From the NCBI GenBank assembly GCA_964641395.1, contig CAZXKQ010000007.1, positions 7,815-71,814 of the forward strand: a DNA stretch of 64,000 bases. Reading direction: 5' to 3'. Source of the stretch: an uncultured Phascolarctobacterium sp. (GTDB lineage Bacteria; Bacillota; Negativicutes; Acidaminococcales; Acidaminococcaceae). The notes below the pieces were generated by a model that did no database searches, was not told the origin of the DNA, and saw nothing but the letters and a program-made list of their open reading frames with translations. Shown here one piece after another: positions 53,026 to 62,342 of the stretch. The translations under genes were made by a program, and so were the position numbers. Positions within the stretch are counted from its first letter, which is position 1, and the number at the start of each line of letters is the position of its first letter.

Positions 53026-54060
53026 ATGAAAAAGAAAGCTTTAGGCTCTACCGGCCTGGTGATTTCCAAGATAGGCCTGGGCTGCCTGCCCCTGCAGCGC
53101 TGCTCGGTGGACTATGCGGTGAAGCTGCTGCAGGCGGCCTACGCCGGAGGCATCACCTTCTTCGACACCGCCAACGCCTACACCGACAGCGAGTACAAGA
53201 TCGGCCTGGCCCTGGCCCCGGTGCGGCAGCACATCGTGCTGGCCACTAAGAGCGCCGCCACCGACAAGCAGGGCGTCCTGGCCCACATCGAAAACAGCCT
53301 GCGCCAGCTGCGCACCGACTATATCGACCTCTTCCAGTTCCACAATGTGGCGGCAGTGCCCGACCCTGAGGATCCCCAGGGGGCCTACGCCGGGGCCCTG
53401 GAGGCTAAGGCGAAGGGCTATATCCGGCACATCGGGGTCACCAGCCACCGGCTGCAGGTGGCCGAGGCCTGCGTTGACTCCGGCAACTTCGAGACCATCC
53501 AGTTCCCCTTCAGCTACCTGGCCAGTCCGGGAGAAATCGCCCTGGTGGAGAAGTGCCGCCAGGCCGGCCTGGGCTTCATCGCCATGAAGGGCCTCAGCGG
53601 CGGCCTCCTGACTAACAGCCGGGCCTGCGCCGCCTTCATGGACCAGTTTGAGCCTGCAGTGGTGCCCATCTGGGGCGTCCAGCGCCTAGAGGAGCTGGAA
53701 CAGTGGCTGGCCCTGGCCCAGGGAGAGACCCCGCTGGACGAAGAGCTGGCCGCCGTCATCGCCAAGGATAAGGAGGAGCTGGCCGGCTCCTTCTGCCGCA
53801 GCTGCGGGTACTGCATGCCCTGCACCGTAGGCATCGAGATCAGGAACTGCGCCCGGATGAACCGGCTGCTGCGCCGCTCCCCCTACCAGCCCTACCTGAC
53901 CCCGGAGTGGAAGGCCAAGATGGAACAGATCCGCAACTGCGTAGACTGCGGCCTCTGCAAGAGCCGCTGCCCCTACCAGCTGGACACTCCCAAGCTGCTG
54001 CGGGAGATGCTGGCCGATTACGAAGAGTTCTACGCCCAGCACATTAACGAGGTGCAGTAG
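53026..54060 (+). CDS. Aldo/keto reductase with a C-terminal Cys-rich (Fe-S) extension
   Basis: 344 aa. AKR N-terminus (GLGCLPLQR, FFDTANAY, DYIDLFQFH), then CRSCGYCMPC...CVDCGLCKSRCP. Confidence 0.88.
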   Translation: MKKKALGSTGLVISKIGLGCLPLQRCSVDYAVKLLQAAYAGGITFFDTANAYTDSEYKIGLALAPVRQHIVLATKSAATDKQGVLAHIENSLRQLRTDYIDLFQFHNVAAVPDPEDPQGAYAGALEAKAKGYIRHIGVTSHRLQVAEACVDSGNFETIQFPFSYLASPGEIALVEKCRQAGLGFIAMKGLSGGLLTNSRACAAFMDQFEPAVVPIWGVQRLEELEQWLALAQGETPLDEELAAVIAKDKEELAGSFCRSCGYCMPCTVGIEIRNCARMNRLLRRSPYQPYLTPEWKAKMEQIRNCVDCGLCKSRCPYQLDTPKLLREMLADYEEFYAQHINEVQ

Positions 54061-54121
54061 GACCCAAGCTTAACCCCCCCCAGCCTCCCTCAGGGAGGCC
54101 GCGACAGAGGCAAACTAAAAA

Positions 54122-54180
54122 GAGGCTGCCCCTTCCAGAAAACCGGTTTCTAGAGAGGCAGCCCCTTCTTTTGCTGTTTT
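54122..54180. terminator. Bidirectional intrinsic terminator between the convergent AKR and lysA genes
   Basis: GAGGCTGCC...TCCAGAAA-accgg-TTTCTAGA...GGCAGCC long hairpin, flanked by an A-run (5') and TTCTTTTGCTGTTTTTTT (3'). Confidence 0.6.
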
Positions 54181-54187
54181 TTTGGGC

Positions 54188-55486
54188 TTACAGGCACTTT
54201 TCCGCCCGCCGGGTGGCGGCGGCCAGGGCCTGGGCGTAGGCCCCCTGGTCAAAGGTGGCGAAGTAGTCTGCCGGGGTTTCCGCCCGCCGGATGAGCTGGA
54301 CGCTCCCGTCCTCCTTCAACAGCAGCTCCGCACTGCGCAGCTTGCCGTTGTAGTTGTAGCCCATGGAGAAGCCGTGGGCGCCGGCATCGTGGATGTAGAG
54401 GAGGTCCCCTGGCTCTATCAGGGGCAGGGGCCTGTCGATGGCGAACTTATCGTTGTTCTCGCACAGGCCGCCGGTCACATCGTACACGTGGTCACAGGGA
54501 GCCCCCTCCTTGCCCATGACGGTGATGTGGTGGTAGGCGCCGTAGATGGCCGGCCGCATCAGGTTGGCGGCGCAGGCATCGCAGCCCACGTAGTCCTTGT
54601 AGGTGTGCTTAAGGTGGATGGCCCTGGTGACCAAGGCCCCGTGAGGCCCCAGCATGTAGCGGCCTAGCTCGGTGTAGATCTTCACCTGGTCCAGGCCGGC
54701 AGGCCGCAGGATGGCCTCATAGGCCTGGCGCACCCCTGCCCCGATTACCGCCAGATCATTGTCCGGCTGCTCCGGCCGGTAGGCCACCCCTATGCCGCCG
54801 GAAAGGTTGATGAACTCCAGGGCTATGCCTGTGGCCTCCTTGAGCTCTACCGCCACCTTGAAGAGGATGGCGGCCAGTTCCGGATAGTAAGCGTTGGTAA
54901 CCGTATTGGAGGCCAAGAAGGCGTGGAGGCCGAAGCGCTTCACCCCCTCGGCCTGGAGCCGCCTATAGGCCTCCAGCAGCTGGGGGTGGGTCATGCCGTA
55001 CTTAGCATCCCCTGGGTTGTCCATAATGCTGTTGGCGATGGCGAAGCTGCCTCCCGGGTTGTAGCGGCAGCAGATCAGCTCCGGCAGGCCGGCCACCTGC
55101 TCTAAAAAGTCGATGTGGCTGATGTCATCCAGGTTGATGATTACCCCTAGGTCCCTGGCCAGCCGCATATCCTCTGCCGGGGTGGCATTGGAGGAAAACA
55201 TAACCTCCTCCCCCTTGAAGCCTACGGCGTCGCTCATGATCAGCTCCGTGAAGGAGCTGCAGTCGGTGCCGCAGCCCTCCTGGCGCAGCAGCTCCAGCAG
55301 GTAGGGGTTGGGGGTGGCCTTGACGGCGAAGTACTCCTTGAAGCCCTTGTTCCAGGCAAAGGCATCATACAGGGCCCGGGCGGTACGGCGGATGCCGGCC
55401 TCATCGTAGATATGGAAGGGAGTAGGGTAGGTCTTGGCTATCTCCTCCAAGGCCTCCCTGCTGACGAAGGGTATTTTGGCGGACAT
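54188..55486 (-). CDS. lysA: Diaminopimelate decarboxylase (fold-type III PLP decarboxylase)
   Basis: 432 aa; YPTPFHIYDE, FAVKATPNP (PLP Lys), and GGGIGV-type and CENND blocks. The substrate is assigned by family resemblance only. Confidence 0.8.
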   Translation of the reverse strand: MSAKIPFVSREALEEIAKTYPTPFHIYDEAGIRRTARALYDAFAWNKGFKEYFAVKATPNPYLLELLRQEGCGTDCSSFTELIMSDAVGFKGEEVMFSSNATPAEDMRLARDLGVIINLDDISHIDFLEQVAGLPELICCRYNPGGSFAIANSIMDNPGDAKYGMTHPQLLEAYRRLQAEGVKRFGLHAFLASNTVTNAYYPELAAILFKVAVELKEATGIALEFINLSGGIGVAYRPEQPDNDLAVIGAGVRQAYEAILRPAGLDQVKIYTELGRYMLGPHGALVTRAIHLKHTYKDYVGCDACAANLMRPAIYGAYHHITVMGKEGAPCDHVYDVTGGLCENNDKFAIDRPLPLIEPGDLLYIHDAGAHGFSMGYNYNGKLRSAELLLKEDGSVQLIRRAETPADYFATFDQGAYAQALAAATRRAEKCL

Positions 55487-55572
55487 GGGCTCACCTCTAT
55501 CTAGATCCTGCCTGGGGCAGGGAATGCAAGTTCTACTATAAGGCCCCGGAGCCCCCTTGTCAAGGCGTAAAG

Positions 55573-56355
55573 TCAGGGACGGGGGATTTTTTGGAAGAGG
55601 CGCAGGGTGTTCTCCCTGGTGAAGGCCGCCACCTCTTCATAGTCCGTCCCTAGCAGCAGGGCCATGTTCTGGGCGATCAGCTTGGTGTAGAGGGGCTGGT
55701 TCCGCTTCCCCCGGTAGGGGACGGGAGCCAGGTAGGGGCTGTCAGTCTCTAAGAGCAGCAGCTCCCTAGGCAGGCTCAGCAGCACCTCCCGCACCTTGCG
55801 GGCGTTCTTGTAGGTGGAGGTGCCGCCGAAGCCGAAGTAGTAACCCTTCTTGGCCAGCTCCTTAGCCATCTCCACGCTGCCGCTGAAGCAGTGGAAGACT
55901 GCCGCCACTCCCCGGGCCTCCTTCTGGAAGAGCTCCAGCATGTCCCCGTGGGCCTCCCGGTCGTGGATGATGAGGGGCAGGCGGAGCTGCACGGCCAGGT
56001 CTATCTGCTCCTTGAAGACCCGCCGCTGCACCTCCCGGGGGGCGTTGTCCGGCCAGTAGTAGTCCAGGCCCACCTCCCCTATGGCCACCACCTTGGGCAG
56101 GGCGGCCCAGGCCGCCAGTTGCTGCAGGTAGTCCTTAGGCAGGTTCTGTAAGTTTTCCGGGTGCCAGCCTACTGCCGCATAGAGGCAGGGGTGGGCCGCC
56201 GCCAGCTCTACCGCCATGGCGTTGCTGGCCCCGTCGCAGCCTGGGTTGATGACCCCGGCCATCTCTCGCTCTACAGCCGCCAGCACTTCCTCCCTATCCC
56301 CGGCGAAGCGGGGATCGTCTAGGTGGGCGTGGCTGTCCCACAAGCCCTGCTCCAT
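55573..56355 (-). CDS. tatD: TatD-family metal-dependent hydrolase (YabD)
   Basis: 260 aa; WDSHAHLDD, AIGEVGLDY, IHDREAH and ETDSPYL motifs. Directly downstream of metG. Confidence 0.92.
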   Translation of the reverse strand: MEQGLWDSHAHLDDPRFAGDREEVLAAVEREMAGVINPGCDGASNAMAVELAAAHPCLYAAVGWHPENLQNLPKDYLQQLAAWAALPKVVAIGEVGLDYYWPDNAPREVQRRVFKEQIDLAVQLRLPLIIHDREAHGDMLELFQKEARGVAAVFHCFSGSVEMAKELAKKGYYFGFGGTSTYKNARKVREVLLSLPRELLLLETDSPYLAPVPYRGKRNQPLYTKLIAQNMALLLGTDYEEVAAFTRENTLRLFQKIPRP

Positions 56356-56358
56356 GGC

Positions 56359-58323
56359 CTATTTCACCCGGCAGCCGCTGTCCATGCCTGGCACCTCTGC
56401 CAGCACCAGCTTGCCTAGGCCGTCGCTGGCGGCCAGCAGCATGCCCTTGGACTCGATGCCGAAAAGCTTGGCCGGGGCCAGGTTGGCCACCACGATGATG
56501 TTGCGGCCCAGCAGCTGCTCCGGCTCATAGGCTTGGGCGATGCCGCTGACGATGATCCGCTCCTCGCTGCCGATGCGGATCTGGAGCTTTAACAGCTTCT
56601 TGGCCTTCTTCACCCTTTCCGCAGCCACTATGGTGGCCACCCGCAGATCCAGCTTGGCGAAGTCCTCGATGCTGATCTCTTCCTTGATGGGCTCAGGCAC
56701 GAAGGCCGGCTGGGCCTCAGCGGCAGCCGCCGCCCCCTTATGCTCGTAGCGTTTGCCGCCGATGAGGGTGGCGCCGTCTTCCGTAACCTCGATGCGGGGG
56801 TAGAGCTGCTCCGCCTTGCCCACCTTGGTGCCGCTGGCCAGCCTGCCGAACACAGCCTCCTCCAACAGGAAGCGCTGGGGCAGGGCCAGGCCTAGCTGGC
56901 TGTAGATCTTGGGACTGGTGGAGGGGATGTAGGGCTCTATTAAGATGGCGGTGATCCGCAGCACCTCGGCCAGATTGTAGAGGACGGTCTGGAGGCGCTG
57001 CTGCTGGGCCGGCTCCTTAGCCAGCAGCCAGGGCGTAGTTTCATCTATATACTTATTAGCCCGGGAGATCAGGGCCCAGACCCCCTTGATGGCGCTATTC
57101 AGCTCCATGGCCTCCATGTTGGCCCGGTAGGCGCTGACGGTGCTGGCGGCCAGGGCCTGGAGCTCCTCATCCACCGGGGCCGGGCAGTTGGCGGCGGTGA
57201 TGATGCCTCCGTGGTACTTGTTGATCATGGATACGGTACGGTGCAGCAGGTTGCCCAGGTCGTTGGCCAGATCGGCGTTGATGCGGTTGATCAGGGCGTC
57301 CCGGGAGAAGTTGCCGTCGCTGCCCAGGTTGATCTCCCGCAGCAGGAAGTAGCGGATGGCATCGGCGCCGAACTCGTCGATCAGGGCCAGGGGGTCGATG
57401 ACGTTGCCCTTGGACTTGCTGATCTTGTCCCCCTCCACGATCAACCAGCCGTGGCCGTAGACCTTCTTAGGCAGCTCCACTCCCATAGCGTGGAGCATGA
57501 TGGGCCAGATGATGGTGTGGAAGCGGACGATCTCCTTCCCCACCAGGTGCAGGTCGGCCGGCCAGAACTTGTGGAAGAAGGCCTCGTCAGTGCCGTACTT
57601 GATCCCCGTCAGGTAGTTGAGCAGGGCGTCGAACCACACGTAGACTACGTGCTTCTTGTCAAAGGGCACGGGTATGCCCCAGTCGAAGGTGGTGCGAGTG
57701 ATGCACAGATCCTCCAGGCCCTGTTTGACGAAGTTGATCATCTCGTTGCGGCGGCTCACCGGCTGGATGAAGTCAGGGTTGTCCTGGATGAACTGCAGCC
57801 ACCAGTCCTCATACTTGCTGAGCTTGAAGAAGTAGCTCTCCTCCTCCATCTCTTCCACCGGCCGGCCGCAGTCCGGACACTTGCCGTCCACCAGCTGCCG
57901 CTCCAGCCAGTAGCTTTCGCAGGGCACGCAGTAGAGGCCCTTGTAATTTTTCTTATAGATATCCCCCTGCTGGTAGATCTTGGCCAGGGCGTCCTGCACC
58001 ACCTTGTGGTGCCTGGCCTCGCTGGTGCGGATGAAGTCATCGTTGGAGATGTTCAAACGCCGCCACAGCAGCTTGAAATTGTCGATGATCCTGTCTACGT
58101 AGGCCAGGGGGGTGACCCCCTTTTCATCCGCCTTGCGCTGGATCTTCAGGCCGTGCTCATCACTGCCGGTAAGGAAGAAGACCTCCTGGCCCAGGTTGCG
58201 GTGGAAGCGGGCCAGGCAGTCGGCCACCGTAGTGCAGTAGGCGTGGCCGATGTGCAGGTTGTCACTGGGATAGTAGATAGGGGTGGTGATGTAGTAGCTC
58301 CCCTTCTGGCACTGGTTACACAT
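56359..58323 (-). CDS. metG: Methionine--tRNA ligase with a C-terminal tRNA-binding (EMAP-like) domain
   Basis: Start MCNQCQKGSYYITTPIYYPSDNLHIGHAY (the track start is 19 codons upstream). HIGH motif and KISKSKGN (KMSKS) motif. The C-terminal LDLRVATIV...IESKGMLLAA forms an OB fold. Confidence 0.95.
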   Translation of the reverse strand: MCNQCQKGSYYITTPIYYPSDNLHIGHAYCTTVADCLARFHRNLGQEVFFLTGSDEHGLKIQRKADEKGVTPLAYVDRIIDNFKLLWRRLNISNDDFIRTSEARHHKVVQDALAKIYQQGDIYKKNYKGLYCVPCESYWLERQLVDGKCPDCGRPVEEMEEESYFFKLSKYEDWWLQFIQDNPDFIQPVSRRNEMINFVKQGLEDLCITRTTFDWGIPVPFDKKHVVYVWFDALLNYLTGIKYGTDEAFFHKFWPADLHLVGKEIVRFHTIIWPIMLHAMGVELPKKVYGHGWLIVEGDKISKSKGNVIDPLALIDEFGADAIRYFLLREINLGSDGNFSRDALINRINADLANDLGNLLHRTVSMINKYHGGIITAANCPAPVDEELQALAASTVSAYRANMEAMELNSAIKGVWALISRANKYIDETTPWLLAKEPAQQQRLQTVLYNLAEVLRITAILIEPYIPSTSPKIYSQLGLALPQRFLLEEAVFGRLASGTKVGKAEQLYPRIEVTEDGATLIGGKRYEHKGAAAAAEAQPAFVPEPIKEEISIEDFAKLDLRVATIVAAERVKKAKKLLKLQIRIGSEERIIVSGIAQAYEPEQLLGRNIIVVANLAPAKLFGIESKGMLLAASDGLGKLVLAEVPGMDSGCRVK

Positions 58324-58462
58324 TGCTAAAACCTCTCTCACAGCTTTATTTCCGGCAGTCTGCCTGGAACTGTCTTTCATAATTAATCATCTTATCACAT
58401 TTCCCGGCAAATTTACATAGGCAGAAGCTGTTTTTGGAAAAATTACCCGCCGGGCCCAAGGC

Positions 58463-58498
58463 AAGAGAAAACCTCCCAGGCCGCTAAGGCCTGGAAGG
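58463..58498 (-). terminator. Intrinsic terminator after rsmI
   Basis: Minus strand CCTTCCAGGCC-ttagc-GGCCTGGGAGG (11 bp with one G-U), followed by TTTTCTCTT. Confidence 0.75.
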
Positions 58499-58501
58499 CC
58501 G

Positions 58502-59419
58502 TCAAACTTTCCTCTCGTCAACCCTGCCGGGCTCCGCCTCGGGCGGTTCAACATCCTCCCTGCCCGCCTCCCAGGCGTTGTACAGCTGCCGCTTCGGCAG
58601 GCCGTAGGCCGCAGCCGCCTGGGCTAGGGCCTCCTTCTTGCTGAGGCCCTGCTCTAAGAGGGCCGCTACCTCTGCCAGGGCTTCCTCTACCGCAGCACAG
58701 GCTTCCGCCTCCGACCCGTCCCCTGCCAGAGGGGGCGGCTGGGGCGGGGCGCCGATGACCAGGCAGTACTCCCCCCTGGGGGGCTGCTGCTGTAACCACT
58801 CCAGCCCCCCTGTGAGGCTGCCGCGGTAAAACTCTTCGTGGATCTTGGTCAGCTCCCGGGCTAGCACCAGGGGCCGCTCCCCCCACGTCTGGAGGATGTC
58901 GGCCACCACCTCTGCCAGGCGGTGGGGAGCCTCGTAGAGGACCACCGTAGCCGGCAGGGCCTGCCAGGCCGCCAACTGCTCCAAGCGGTGCTTCTTCCGC
59001 TTTGGCAGGAAGCCGCCGAAGAAGAAGGGGGTGGACGGCAGGCCGGAGGCCACCAGGGCGCAGAGGGCGGCGTTAGGCCCAGGAACGGGCACCACCTGGA
59101 TCCCTGCCGCTACACAGCGCCGTACCAGGTCCTCCCCTGGATCCGCCAGGCCGGGGTAGCCGGCATCGCTGACCAGGGCCACCTGCTTCCCCGCCTGTAA
59201 CTGCTGCACCAGGTAGGCTCCTTGGCCCTCCTTAGTGTGCTCATCGTAGCGGACCAGGCGGGCCTTCAGGCCTAGGTGGGTCAAAAGGGCCAGGCTGCGC
59301 CGGGTATCCTCTGCCGCCACCAGGTCCGCCTGGCCTAGGACCTGGGCCAGCCTCGGGCTGAGGTCCTGCAAGTTGCCTATAGGGGTGGCGCAGAGGTAGA
59401 GGCAGCCCGCCTCCCTCAT
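58502..59419 (-). CDS. rsmI: 16S rRNA (cytidine1402-2'-O)-methyltransferase
   Basis: 305 aa; LYLCATPIGNLQDLSPR and VSDAGYPGLADPG blocks. The ATG overlaps the ilvB stop (ATGA). Confidence 0.92.
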   Translation of the reverse strand: MREAGCLYLCATPIGNLQDLSPRLAQVLGQADLVAAEDTRRSLALLTHLGLKARLVRYDEHTKEGQGAYLVQQLQAGKQVALVSDAGYPGLADPGEDLVRRCVAAGIQVVPVPGPNAALCALVASGLPSTPFFFGGFLPKRKKHRLEQLAAWQALPATVVLYEAPHRLAEVVADILQTWGERPLVLARELTKIHEEFYRGSLTGGLEWLQQQPPRGEYCLVIGAPPQPPPLAGDGSEAEACAAVEEALAEVAALLEQGLSKKEALAQAAAAYGLPKRQLYNAWEAGREDVEPPEAEPGRVDERKV

Positions 59420-61071
59420 TCCTGCTCCTCGAACTTCACAAAGTCGCCGATTCCCAGTCCCGGCACTACCATGGGCAGCACCATGTCCTTAGGATTGATC
59501 TCTACTTCGATCAGGTAGGGCTCGTTGAGCTCCATGGCCTTGGCCACCGCCTCTGCCAGCTGTTCCGGCGTCTGGACGTGCTCCCCCTGCACCCCGAAGG
59601 CGGCCGCATACTTGACGAAGTCTACGTAGCCAGGGAATTCGCAGGCGGTAAAGCGTTTTTCAAACTGCACCGTCTGCAGCTGCCGGATCATGCCTAGGCC
59701 GTGGTTGTTGAAGACGATGGCGGTGACTGGGATCCGGTGGGTGGAGATGGTGTACAGTTCGGAGCCGGTCATCTTGAAGCCCCCGTCGCCGCTGATGCTG
59801 ATGATCCGGCTCTGGGGCCGGGCCAGGGCCGCCCCCATGGCCGCCGGCAGGCTGAAGCCCATGGTGCCTAGGCCGCCGGAGGTGATGAACTGGCGGGCGA
59901 ACTGGATCTTTAAGTGCTGGGCCGCCCACATCTGGTGCTGGCCTACGTCGGTGGTGACGATGTAGTCCTTATCCTTGATTACCGCGTTCAGGGCCTTGAG
60001 GAAGAGGGGGGCCTGCTCGTCGCCGAAGTCCTCCTCCATGCTGGTCCAGGACTCGATCCGCTGCCACCAGGGGCTGAGGTCCTTCACCTTGCTGCCCTGC
60101 TCCAGCAGGTTCAAGATCTGCTTCATAGGGCCGGCGATGCCGATGTGGGAATAGATGTTCTTGTCCAGCTCCGCCGGGTCGATGTCCAGGTGGACCACCT
60201 TCTTGTTGGCCCCGTAGCTGGACCGCTCCCCTGTCACCCTGTCGTTAAAGCGGCTGCCCACCGCCAGGATCAGGTCCGCCTCCTTGACGGCGTTATTGGC
60301 CCGCTCGTGACCGTGGAGGCCGGTCATGCCTAGGAACAGCTTCCGGTAGGCGCTGATGGCCCCCAGGCCCATCAGGGTGCTGACTACCGGCATGTGCAGC
60401 TTTTCGCAGAGGTGCATGGCATCGTACTCTGCATCAGCCCGGATGACGCCGCCGCCGATGAGCATTACCGGCCGCTGGGCCTCGTTGATGGCGGCGATGG
60501 CCCGGGCCACCCGGGTCATGTCAGGCTGGGGCAGGGGCACCTCCGGCAGCTTGTCGTGGACGTATTCGATCAACTCCGTCTGCACATCCCTGGGCACGTC
60601 CACCAGTACCGGCCCCGGCCGCCCGTGCTTGGCCAACTGGAAGGCCAGCCGCAGGGTGTGGGCCAGCTGCTCCGGCTCCTTCACCAGGAAGTTGTGCTTG
60701 GTACAGGGCATGGTGATGCCGGTAATATCCACCTCTTGGAAGGCATCGTGGCCGATCATAGGCCGGGCCACCTGGCCGGTGAGGGCTACCACGGGGATGG
60801 AATCCAGGTAGGCGGTAGCCAGGCCGGTGACTAAGTTGGTGGCCCCGGGGCCGGAGGTAGCCACGCACACCCCTACCTGGCCGGTGGCCCGGGCCCAGCC
60901 GTCGGCGGCGTGGCTGGCCCCCTGCTCATGGGCCGTCAGGATGTGGCGGATCTTGGAAGTGCGCAAGGCATCGTAAAAAGGCAGGATGGCGCCGCCGGGA
61001 TAGCCGAAGATGGTGCTAACGCCCTCCTCTGCCAGGCAGCGTACCATGATTTCTGCGCCGGTTAGCTTCAT
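59416..61071 (-). CDS. ilvB: Acetolactate synthase large (catalytic, ThDP) subunit
   Basis: 551 aa; FGYPGGAILPFYDAL, GPGATNLVTG, and the GLGTMGFSLPAAMGA ThDP motif. Confidence 0.93.
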   Translation of the reverse strand: MKLTGAEIMVRCLAEEGVSTIFGYPGGAILPFYDALRTSKIRHILTAHEQGASHAADGWARATGQVGVCVATSGPGATNLVTGLATAYLDSIPVVALTGQVARPMIGHDAFQEVDITGITMPCTKHNFLVKEPEQLAHTLRLAFQLAKHGRPGPVLVDVPRDVQTELIEYVHDKLPEVPLPQPDMTRVARAIAAINEAQRPVMLIGGGVIRADAEYDAMHLCEKLHMPVVSTLMGLGAISAYRKLFLGMTGLHGHERANNAVKEADLILAVGSRFNDRVTGERSSYGANKKVVHLDIDPAELDKNIYSHIGIAGPMKQILNLLEQGSKVKDLSPWWQRIESWTSMEEDFGDEQAPLFLKALNAVIKDKDYIVTTDVGQHQMWAAQHLKIQFARQFITSGGLGTMGFSLPAAMGAALARPQSRIISISGDGGFKMTGSELYTISTHRIPVTAIVFNNHGLGMIRQLQTVQFEKRFTACEFPGYVDFVKYAAAFGVQGEHVQTPEQLAEAVAKAMELNEPYLIEVEINPKDMVLPMVVPGLGIGDFVKFEEQE

Positions 61072-61112
61072 GATTCATCACTCCGTTTGCTTATACTCTC
61101 ACCCTGGGGGGC

Positions 61113-61631
61113 TCAGTCCCGCGGCCAGCTGAAGCGGGAGCGCTCCACCCTCAGGCTGCTGTCGCCCCGCTCTAGGGCCACCAGGCCGGTCTGCACCATC
61201 TCTAAGATACCGTAGGGCCGCATCACGTCGATGAGGGCCCGCAGCTTGCCTTCGTCCCCAGTGGCCACGAAGGTGAGGGAGTCCCCCTTCACATCTACGG
61301 CGTGGGCCCTGAACACGTCGGCCAGGCGCAACAATTCGATCCGCCGCTCCCCGGCATGGACCTTGAGAAGGATCATGCTGCGTTTGGAGCTGCTGTCAGG
61401 GGGCAGCACCTTCACCGCCTCCACCTCCACCAGCTTTTCCAACTGCTTGCACACCTGCTGGATGGTAGCCTCGTCTGCCTCCATGGTCACAGTCATACGG
61501 CTGAACTCCGGGGTTTCCGTAGTGCCCACAGCCAGACTGTCGATGTTGTAGCCCCGCCTGGAGAACATGCCTGCCACCCGCATCAATACGCCGGGTTGGT
61601 TGCGGGTCACGATTGAGATGATCTGTTCCAT
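61113..61631 (-). CDS. ilvN: Acetolactate synthase small (regulatory, ACT) subunit
   Basis: Start MEQIISIVTRNQPGVLMRVAGMFSRRGYNIDSLAVG follows GGAGGAG. 172 aa: an ACT domain plus the ALS_ss_C domain. Confidence 0.9.
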   Translation of the reverse strand: MEQIISIVTRNQPGVLMRVAGMFSRRGYNIDSLAVGTTETPEFSRMTVTMEADEATIQQVCKQLEKLVEVEAVKVLPPDSSSKRSMILLKVHAGERRIELLRLADVFRAHAVDVKGDSLTFVATGDEGKLRALIDVMRPYGILEMVQTGLVALERGDSSLRVERSRFSWPRD

Positions 61632-61650
61632 ACTCTCCTCCAACCTTTCT

Positions 61651-61686
61651 CTATAAAATAGCCCTACCTGAAGCAACAGATAGGGC
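61651..61686 (-). terminator. Terminator-like hairpin just upstream of ilvN (attenuator, or terminator of the upstream HD gene)
   Basis: Minus strand GCCCTATCTG-ttgctt-CAGGTAGGGC (10 bp with one G-U), followed by TATTTTAT, 20 nt before the ilvN RBS. Confidence 0.45.
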
Positions 61687-61767
61687 CATGCATCATCGCA
61701 CCTGTCAAGCTGACAGCCTTACTCCTTATATTTTCTCAAAAAGGTTACACTTTGTCAATATTTTTTG

Positions 61768-62307
61768 TTAGCTTCTCAGGCTGTTTACAGCCTCGGAGCA
61801 GGCTTTTTCCCCGCCCAGGCCGTACATGGCCTCGGCCAGGGCCCGGCCGCTGGCAGAGCGGAAGAGCTTTGCCACCACAGGCCTGAGCCCGTCCTGGCTG
61901 AGCCCGTCCTCGTAAAAATTCACCAGCAGGTCTGCCTCTACCAGGAGCTGGAAGTCCAGGCCCTGGATCTGCTCATAGCTGTGGTGGTGGCCCACTAGGT
62001 AGCAGATCCTCTCCAGCTGCCCCTCCCCCAGGCCCAGGGGGGCTAACAGCTGCCTGGCCGCCCCAGGGCCGTAGGCCTCCTGCAGCTTGCCGTTGTTGTA
62101 GCCCAGCTGGGCCTCTGCCGGCTTGATGCCGCAGTCGTGGCAGAGGGCGGCCAGTTCCAGGGTTTCCTGGCTGGCAGGGTCCAAGCCCTCAGCCCGGCCC
62201 AGGCGGGCGGCCAGGCTGTGCACCTTCAGCAGGTGCTGGCAGCGGCGGGGATCCCCGGCGAAGTAGGCCAGCATAGCGTCGTACAGACGGTCCACCCTAG
62301 TAGTCAT
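61768..62307 (-). CDS. HD-domain phosphohydrolase
   Basis: 179 aa; H..KV...A...LAALCHDCG (HD motif), then VGHHHSY. Confidence 0.8.
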   Translation of the reverse strand: MTTRVDRLYDAMLAYFAGDPRRCQHLLKVHSLAARLGRAEGLDPASQETLELAALCHDCGIKPAEAQLGYNNGKLQEAYGPGAARQLLAPLGLGEGQLERICYLVGHHHSYEQIQGLDFQLLVEADLLVNFYEDGLSQDGLRPVVAKLFRSASGRALAEAMYGLGGEKACSEAVNSLRS

Positions 62308-62342
62308 GTCTCTGCCTCCTTTTTCCTCAAAGCCGCCCCGGC

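Noticed and set aside
61664-61696. Leader peptide for ilvN-ilvB (MMHGPICCFR)
   Set aside because: It contains no Leu/Val/Ile run, so it does not support classical branched-chain attenuation. It is mentioned only in the context of the hairpin.
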